From assembly GCA_907165135.1 (NCBI GenBank), contig OU015566.1, forward strand, positions 6,634,001-6,698,000: a stretch of DNA of 64,000 bases. The letters are read 5' to 3'. Of this stretch, positions 56,057 to 64,000 are shown one piece after another (the stretch's first letter is position 1; every line of letters begins with the position of its first letter). The translations under genes and the position numbers were made by a program. The notes beneath the pieces were generated by a model, which worked only from the letters and a program-made list of their open reading frames with translations, was not told the origin of the DNA and did no database searches. Source of the stretch: Oikopleura dioica (Eukaryota; Animalia; Chordata).

Positions 56057-56785
56057 GGGACTACGCGAAGCGAGCTCGCGCCGCTTTTTAAAAACACCTG
56101 TATTTCATCATTTCTAATCAAATTTTGTGATTTTTCAGGTCATGTGTACTTTTTCTCCTCTTTCATCTCGAGTTCGAATCATTTTCATATGATTATTTTT
56201 GAATTCAGGAGAGAAAAGAGATGCTCATCTTTAAAGAGCATCAACTCCTAAACTACTTGTCACTTGAAGTTATAAATACCCTTATCGAAAAGCTCATTCA
56301 ATTCTGACCGGGAATACGTTCGCGTGGTCTACAAATTTTATTTGTATCCGGTCAAAATCCGGGGATTATTGAAGTTACTCGGTGTGAAGCCGCTGTCGCG
56401 CAGCGTGGAGCGCGCCTATCCAGCGCAAATAGTGACAATACCCCGCCGCGCGAGGGGTGTCTCTTGATAAATCCTCTGATTACGATCTAACACAAATAAA
56501 ATTTGAAGACCATGCGAACGTATTCCTGGTCAGAATTGAATGAGCTTTTCGATAAGGGTATTTGTAACTTCAAGTGACAAGTAGTTTAGGAGTTGATGCT
56601 CTTTAAAGATGAGCATCTCTTTTTTTCTCTCCTGAATTCAAAAATAATCTTATGAAAATGATTCAGACTCGAGATGAAAGAGGAGAAAAAAGTACACATG
56701 ACCTGAAAAAATCACAAAATTTGATAAGAAACGAGGAAGTATAGCGATTTTTAAAAAGCGGCGCGAGCTCGCTTCGCGTAGTCCC
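56057..56785. mobile_element. TTAA-flanked foldback MITE (Kolobok-like), arms ~270 bp
   Basis: TTAA-gggactacgcgaagcgagctcgcgccgc / gcggcgcgagctcgcttcgcgtagtccc-TTAA with long, nearly identical arms. Confidence 0.92.
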
Positions 56786-57458
56786 TTAAGAGGGTAGAAT
56801 ATTCATTTACTCCGAATGTAAGAATGGAAGCAGAAACTAAAAAAGAAACCGCATCAAATATGCCCATCGTTGATTCATTGAACGAAACCCTTTTTAGAGT
56901 ATTTTTTTTATTTATTACTTATTTTCTACTTTTGCTAATGGGTTATTTTACGAAATAAAGAGGGTAGCATCAAGGAGATGGATTGAGTGGGAAGTGATTA
57001 GTCCGCGGAATTAGAGCCGTTTCCACAAATTAGTCAACTTTTACGATCCTCCCCAAAAACCATAAACGACTACTTTGCATCCGAAAAATGTCACCGTCTT
57101 TACAATGCCAAGGCTGTCCAGCTAGCGAAGAAAATAGATGGATTCTCAAGCACAAAGAGCTACAAGTAGAAAGTTAAGATATCTTGCCTTAGTTTTTCTA
57201 AAGGAACCCATAAAGGTATCGTCCGGTCCCATAAACAACAGTATCATCACTTGCAATCACGTGAGATAATTTTTGAAGTTCACTTTCGCGCCGATCGATT
57301 TCTGATCTTGTAATGGATAAGTGAGCATAATTCTGTGATGTGGAGCGCAATTATGAAATTGCGTTTTCGCGCACGGCTGGAGGGCTCAGTTGTTCGACAT
57401 GGCAAGCTTCTTTGAAATTAAAAAAAAAGAAGAAGAGATGAATCTATTTCTTCTAAAT

Positions 57459-57912
57459 TTACTTTTTATTTACAGCCATGGCAACCCTTATCACAGCAGC
57501 AACAACCACAGCAACGGTAATGATACAAACAAAAATAATAGATACGTACAAAAGAAAGTAGGAGATACACGTTGATAATCGTTTGCGGATACCGGTTGTT
57601 TCTGCCGGTGGTGTAGCTGCTTCAACATCTGAGTTGTTAAGAACTATAGTTGTTATATGATATAAGTTATATCCAAGTTTACCTGGCGTACAGTCAGTAG
57701 GGTCGGCTGTATAGTTTGGTGGAGGAGATTCGCAGTTGTACTTGATAGAGTTATGAATTTGAAGAGGAAGATCAGGGATCGGAGCTTTTGTTTATATTAG
57801 TTAGATTTCTCTTGTCTGAAAAACCTGATCCCCATTGAGAAACACAGTCTTCGTAAGAAGGTGGTGCATCTGCAACACCTTTCATCTGATGATTCCCTGT
57901 GGGTTGATTCAT
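57459..57912 (-). CDS. Small tail-anchored membrane protein with two PPxY motifs (orphan)
   Basis: Three exons join: MNQPTGNHQMKGVADAPPSYEDC...SPPPNYTADP...GIRKRLSTCISYFLLYVSIIFVCIITVAVVVAAVIRVAMAVNKK*. Confidence 0.7.
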
Positions 57913-58119
57913 GTTTCTTCAATGTATATTTTTCTCTATGGTTTGTGAGACTTAATGACCGGTTAGCCAAAATTCGCAGACTAGGTGAATGATTTCAATG
58001 TTTCGAGTTTGCATTACTCATCAAAGAGACTCATTTTATGCGGGTTTTTTCCATTCCGAGGAAAATTTCTTGATTTTATTGAAAAATATTTCTAGATTCT
58101 CTTCCATGATTTCAGTTCA

Positions 58120-61100
58120 CTAAATATCTTCACAGAAAAGGTTTACTTTGTCTTCGCTTGTGACAATAACATTCGCCGAGACTTTGCCACTGACGGGGAC
58201 AGTACAGTTCAACTGAGTCGGCACTTCGTCGATGAGCCACTCTAGAATGATGACTTCTTCCTCGACTCCATTCATGTCGATGTAAATATGAGAGGGGTCG
58301 ATGTCCATTCGAGCAAATCTGACGGGAGATACGGAGGTCATTTTTGAAGTCGTCTCGCCGAAGAGCGAGATTTCGTGATTCAGCTGAGTTCCCATTTTCC
58401 AAATCGGCGAGCCAGAAAAGACGACGACGAGTTCACTGTAGTTCCCAACGTTTCTGTACTTCATTTCGTCTCCGTACTGTCCTTTGTAGTAAGAAAACTC
58501 GCCGGTATGAGTTACAGCCATGTAGTTTTTGGACTCTTTATGGGCTGGCTGATGGGAAATAAAAGGAGGGTTGCTTTCAGCAAAAGCCATGGTCAAATCA
58601 AAGAGGGTTTCGTTGGTGTCTCCGATCTGAGAGTACGTGAACCACTCCGTAGTTCCGTTCAGGTAGAGTTTTGTATCAAGCGTCCAAATGAGAATGTCAG
58701 GAATTGACGCGGGAACTGATGGCTTGAGAATTCTTCCGTCTGGCATCATCGTTCTGTTCAGCAATTTCATGTCCGTCTTCCCGATTTGGTCGCCGATACC
58801 AACTGGTCCGGTGGACAGAGTGGCGACCATCGCTTGTAAGTATGTTCTAAATTCGTACTTGTCTCCATAACGAGGATTGCCAGGCTGTTCTTTTGTAGTC
58901 CAGAAGACATCTTTGAACGGAGCCAAACCGAGAGCGTTCGAGTAGGTTGTGCTGATTCCGATGTCCCACTGACGATTTCCAGGGTGGTAATCGTCGGAAA
59001 CGCGGATGATGGTGACAGCAGGGATTTCTAATGACTTTCAACCGGTTTATTCTTTGACAATTTTTATGTGCAAAAAACCATAAGTAGCGTTCATCTAAAT
59101 CAAATGCATAATATTTTCTATACGGCTTTTTCGAAACTTTAATTATAGGATTAAGTAAAGTTGAGAAGAAAACTGATGCACGTCAATACAAATGATCCAC
59201 AAATGTAGATTCTACATGAACATTAAGATAAACCCTTACTGAAGCATGTGTCTAGGCATAGCCATGCAATAGAGAATATTAATTCCGTGCTCTTCTGCAG
59301 CTTGACCCATCTGCATCAACCAGTCCCGTCCCAAAGTGGCACTAGTCGTCAACTCTTCCAACTTCTCCGTCTGTTTGTTTAGCCAATCCTGTTCATAGAC
59401 CTTCAATCCCCAGGAAGTAGCATTCGCGAACAGATCTCGCCAAAAGTCGATCGTCGTCGGTAGCGCTGTCTCGTTCTCTCCTTTTTGAACGATAAAATCG
59501 TACTGACCCCCGTTTTGCTTTGCGTAAGACGTGCTTGCTGACCACCACCTGTTGTGAGCAGTAACTGGTAGATGCGTTTTCTCAAACGTTTCTTCCATGC
59601 CATTCGGGAAAACGCTCGGCATGGCTGTCCAGTTCACAACACCTATCAGTACACAAGTTCACTTATCGCAGCGGTTTACTTATCACAAACCTCCATGGTC
59701 CCCAGCGTCCTTGAAGTACCACCAAGAGTCGTAGTTCCAGGACTTTTCTCAGAGTTTCAAAAGTGCTGCTACTACAGTTTTTTCTACAGTGGCTTTTCTA
59801 TTTGTTTTCTTTGAAAACTCTGGCTGGAATGGAATATCCTGTTTGGCAATTTTCTCAAGTTGATCTTCGTAGACGTCGTTTTGGTCAGTGTGGTAATAAT
59901 AAAAGGCTCCGTTATCAGTCCAGTAACTCAAATAATTCGCAGTCATATCGGACTCCCGCTTATCCAGGGTCTTTCCATAGCGCTTTCGTAAGGTAGAGCC
60001 CAATTTGTCCATTCCTGCGGAGAAACCTTTGTCTAAATAATTGTTGGTGACAGTTGGTAGGGGTTGAAACTCACTGGAGTATGAAATTATCGTCTCTAAC
60101 GAGAATCCAAAAGGTACTTCGTTTACTGATCCTTTATAGAGTTTCGAAGACGGAAGTGGAATCGGCTCATGCCTAGGCTTAGATTTACCTAGACCTCTGA
60201 ACGCGTTAGATGTACAACACGAACACATGGCGGGGGTTGAACCGCGGCGGATCACACGGACCGGTTCTAAGGACTCGTAATTGCAGCCACCAGAAATGCG
60301 AATTTACAGCAATCCCGCGTAAGTGATTTGTAATGACAAAACTCAAATGACCGCTGTTGACCGATGGCGGTCGAAAAGAAGCACGGCAGACAAATGTTAT
60401 TTTGCTTAGGCGAAAATTAAGGTCATGTAGATGATTGCCGCATTACAGAATTATAAACAAGGGAAAACGTGTTGGAAATGCCACCCGAGACATGAAGAAA
60501 ATCATGATTTTCCCCCTTTTTTCTTAGAAACTCGAACCCATGAGCCCAAACCAAAGCTCATTGTAATAATCATTTTGCGCCACTTGAGTGTTGTGAACCA
60601 TGAAGTTGGAGTACGAAGAGATAGCGAAGAACTGCCCCGCGTATCCTCGAGTGTAGTTCGCCTCGTCGAAGACAAAAAAGGGCCCTCCTTCGAGACCGCC
60701 GCACATGTCGGTCATGTTCTTCTGATCCCAGCTGCCTTTACGTAGGTCGGTCCAGCCTGTGTGATAGCCACAAGGGTTGATGTAGTAGGCGTCGCTTTCT
60801 TTGGGCACCTTGACTGATGGAAAGGACGTGGACACTCGATCTCGGTCGTAAATCGACATGTTCGGATAATTCGGAAAGAAGTGTTGCCCGAAGACGACCG
60901 TTTCAAGGTCGTTGTAGTTACGCATGTAGACGTGTGCCTCTACTCCCTAAAAAGAAAGAGAAAGAAAGTCAACAATCCTTTTGACTAGAAATTGCTTCAA
61001 TCAGGTCTTCTTGCTCTTAGATGAAGGATTTTAAAATAAAAGGAAGCTACGCTTTTGTAGCCTCAGTCAAAAATTTGTTGTTCTAAACGTAATCTATCGT

Positions 61101-62392
61101 TCTGATAAAAATTTTCTGTCAAAATTTCGGCGCACTATAAAATATAGGTTCTATTTCAAATTGAGCCTATTATGGTGTTTATATATGTAGAATTTGGTAC
61201 ATTCAATTCCTCTTCTTCTGCAAAAGTGCTTCCTAGAAATAAGTTATAGAAGAGGTCAAAAACCTCCGCAAAAATTGAGATCATTCGTTAATATTAAATT
61301 GATTCAAAAAAGTTATCCACCGAATATCCGAAATTTACTTGAATGAGGCTAAAAAGAGCACATTATGGCTATTTTATGTTAAAGCTGCTCTAGAAGATTA
61401 TGACCGAATGATTTTGAAAAAAGATTTCTAAATTGACTCAAAATGCAAAGTTTTAAAAAATATAAATTTTGCTAAAAAATCAGGCGATTACGGTGCTTAT
61501 TTTTTTCTATAAAGAACCAAGTTGGCTCTATTAAAAATTTGTATTGACGGATCTTACGTCCACTGAAGAATATGATTAAAATAACACCTATATTATTAAA
61601 TATTTGAATGTAGGGAACAAAATTTATGTTATGGTCTCTCTGTACATTTAACAATTAGTTTTATTGACACCGCATTATATCAAATATCTTTATCAGACGG
61701 TAAGTACCGTCTATAGACAGTTGTCTATAATGCCTATAATAATCACTATAAAATGTCCAAAAAAAGACAGGAAAACAACTGTAAAATATTGCATTTTCAT
61801 CAAAATTGGCTCCAGAGCAGACAGGAAATGAGGGCTTTCTGGAAGCAACCGTACTAATTTTGAGGTAAAAAAGTCTTACGAGATGGACCGGATGTGAGCT
61901 AAAGTTGCTCCGTACGTCTATCGCACCTATCCGTTTTTCGAGTAATAAGGAGCACATAGCTCCTAAGCAAAAATTGTTATTTGTGTTTAATTACGAGTTG
62001 TCATTAGTATCAATGCTTGTATCTGACCTAGACGATAACCAAAAACTCTATATTGAAGGAAAAAAGCCGGCACTTATGGTGCTTTACCTTCGGCGGAGCA
62101 AGCATCACGAAGACAGACTCATCATAAGCGCCAATTACGTCCTCTCCATATCTGTGCATTTGGACTAGGAAAATATTTCATCTCAGAAGTTTGGGGCACG
62201 TGTTGAAAAATTACCGGGTACGACTTCCAGTTCTCCGTTAATGGTATTGTAGCATTCGCCATTCTGGCAGAGCATGTAATGTCCCGAATCAAGATACGCT
62301 CCCTCATCGCCACGGATGATCCACTGGCCGTTGGGGGTCACGTCGAAGTGGTACGCCGCCGCGAAAATCGGCAAAAAGAGAAAGAAAATCAT
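58120..62392 (-). CDS. Secreted uncharacterised protein, probable TIM-barrel glycoside hydrolase (clan D-like)
   Basis: Signal MIFFLFLPIFAAA; motifs YLSYWTDNGAFYYY, DSWWYFK, FPNGM, AHNRWWS, VYEQDWL, LYCMAMPRH, IRVSDDY, PFKDVFWT, LSTGPVGIGD. Confidence 0.75.
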
Positions 62393-62878
62393 GGTTTGAC
62401 TCTTCTGACTGTTCTGACCCAAATTTCATCAGTTATATATTCTGCAATAAAATTTGGGCGTGGTGATACTTGACTTGAGTATTTGAACCGGAGGTAGTTA
62501 CCTTCCATTCAATTTTTATTGCTCTTTATTTGCCTGCGATTTTGCAAGAGACGAAATTCGAGAGAGCAAGAGATTTTTGAGTTTTTATAAGATGATATTT
62601 TTGTTTATTTATATACAGAATTTTTATGAAAAAAAAACAAACCTTTTTGGTCAGATCGTTAGCTGGATGGATGGAAACATGGCGGCAGAAGAGGATCTTC
62701 TTCTTTGTTCATTTTCTTGGTCATCCACCTTCAGTGTCGCGGAACTTTTTCAAATTTACAAAATACAAGCAATTACAGATGATTTTTTCTAGACAAATTT
62801 TACATTGACCTCCTTGGAAAAAATGGTCAAATTTTTAAAATTGTCCAAAGTCGTTTAAGCTTTAGGACACTAGTTCTT

Positions 62879-63997
62879 TTAGTTCTCGCCGACGACTGAG
62901 TACACGTGGGGGTTTCCTTCCTCGTTGACGACGACCTCGCCTCCTCGTCCGCTGCACTGACCGGCTGGCACTACTGAAAAGTTTTCGACAAAGTTCTCGC
63001 TATCCAAGAAGCTCTGGCTTCGGCAGCATTCGCTGAAGTTGACATCGTATGGGTATCTGAACAGAGAGTTTGCTGCTTGCCTCGGGATCTTTAGGAAACC
63101 TGTTGGGGTAAAATCCACAGCAGTTCTGTTTGTCGTGACCGTGGAACTGCTTGTCGCAGGACGCATTGTCCTGTGGGTTGAAAGAGCCGCCGCCGTTGAT
63201 AGTTCGGAATTGCTCGTCCATGCAGTGGCTTCCCCAGAGCTCGTCATCGGGCTCGTTAGCAGCGCAGTCCTATGTTGATGGGTTAATGAGGAGCAATTGG
63301 AAGTTACTGGTGTTAATGAGTATTTTAGGTATTTGAGGAGAATTCTTACCTGTTCGGCTTTAGCAATGTTTTCGGCGAATCGTTTGTCGCATTCACAAAC
63401 GTTTTCACCGTCCTGTTTTGGGTTGTTCGAGCAGTCGAGTTGTCTGTTTCCGGCGGCGTCTTCGGTGAAATCGACACTGTAGGCAACATCGGTGTAGTTG
63501 GCGGAGTAATCATTGAGGACGCACTTGTAGCATCTGTAGAGTTCTTTGCAGTGGTGATCAACCATGTCCTTGGTCTTTCCACCGCCGATGACGCCGTCGG
63601 CTGTGCCTTGAATCCAGCAGTAGCATCCGTAGTTGGTCATTTTTCCTTCAAGAGTTGTGAGCTCGCTTTCAAAGTCAGCAAGTGTGGCTGGATTTGTAGA
63701 GTCGGAGCCAAAGTTCTGCAAATAGAGCATCATAGTAGCCAGTGGTCGGAATCCGGCTTCTCCGTCAATGTCTGCTCGGCGATGACGCGGCGAACCGGTC
63801 ATGTCCGAGATCCACTGTCCGGTCAGTGCTCGTTTCACGTCCGACTGGTGCATGACTGACTTGGCATAGGCTGCGGCGAGGAACGATGTGAAGATTTTCT
63901 GAAACAATCTCTTTTAAAATTTTGCTCGACGAAGCAAACATAGCTTTTATAGAAGTCTTTTTTATAAAATTTTGACAAAAAATAATCAACTTACCAT
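62879..63997 (-). CDS. Secreted phospholipase A2-like protein lacking the canonical catalytic dyad
   Basis: First coding exon is just ATG|gtaag; signal MKIFTSFLAAAYA; NYGCYCW..GGGKTKDMVDHHCKELYRCYKC; CECDKRFA; C-terminal CCGFYPNRYPY-type module. Confidence 0.8.
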
Positions 63998-64000
63998 TTT

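Overview
Gene-dense eukaryotic (animal) DNA with very short introns (mostly 30-60 nt), several non-GT splice donors, short intergenic spacers and many small non-autonomous DNA transposons. This combination, plus lineage-typical Cys-rich/kelch and PLA2-like secreted families, points to an appendicularian tunicate such as Oikopleura (inference, not a database result). Recognisable genes: SLC7 (LAT-type) transporter, CUL2, LSD1/KDM1A, G9a/GLP (EHMT), a LysM-TM protein, Ral GTPase, calcyphosine-like, CUL3, MOB3, a PHF13/23-like PHD protein and a classical cadherin. Orphan or poorly characterised genes: a multi-pass membrane protein with a Ser-Gly proteoglycan-like loop, a 69-aa cationic prepropeptide between LSD1 and EHMT, a two-domain secreted protein, two Cys-rich/kelch-like proteins, a PPxY tail-anchored protein, a secreted clan-D-like glycoside hydrolase candidate and a catalytically altered PLA2-like protein. 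Mobile DNA includes TTAA-flanked GG..CC (Kolobok-like) and CCC..GGG (piggyBac-like) foldback elements, a TA-flanked element, a triple-nested hAT-like insertion, a seven-copy MITE family carrying AP-1-like motifs and a three-copy triple-hairpin element. Exon boundaries were inferred by eye and are approximate. No single clearly novel multi-gene system could be established. The best leads are the foldback element sitting in a coding exon (possible intron gain), the secreted peptide, the GH-like enzyme and the triple-hairpin repeat.
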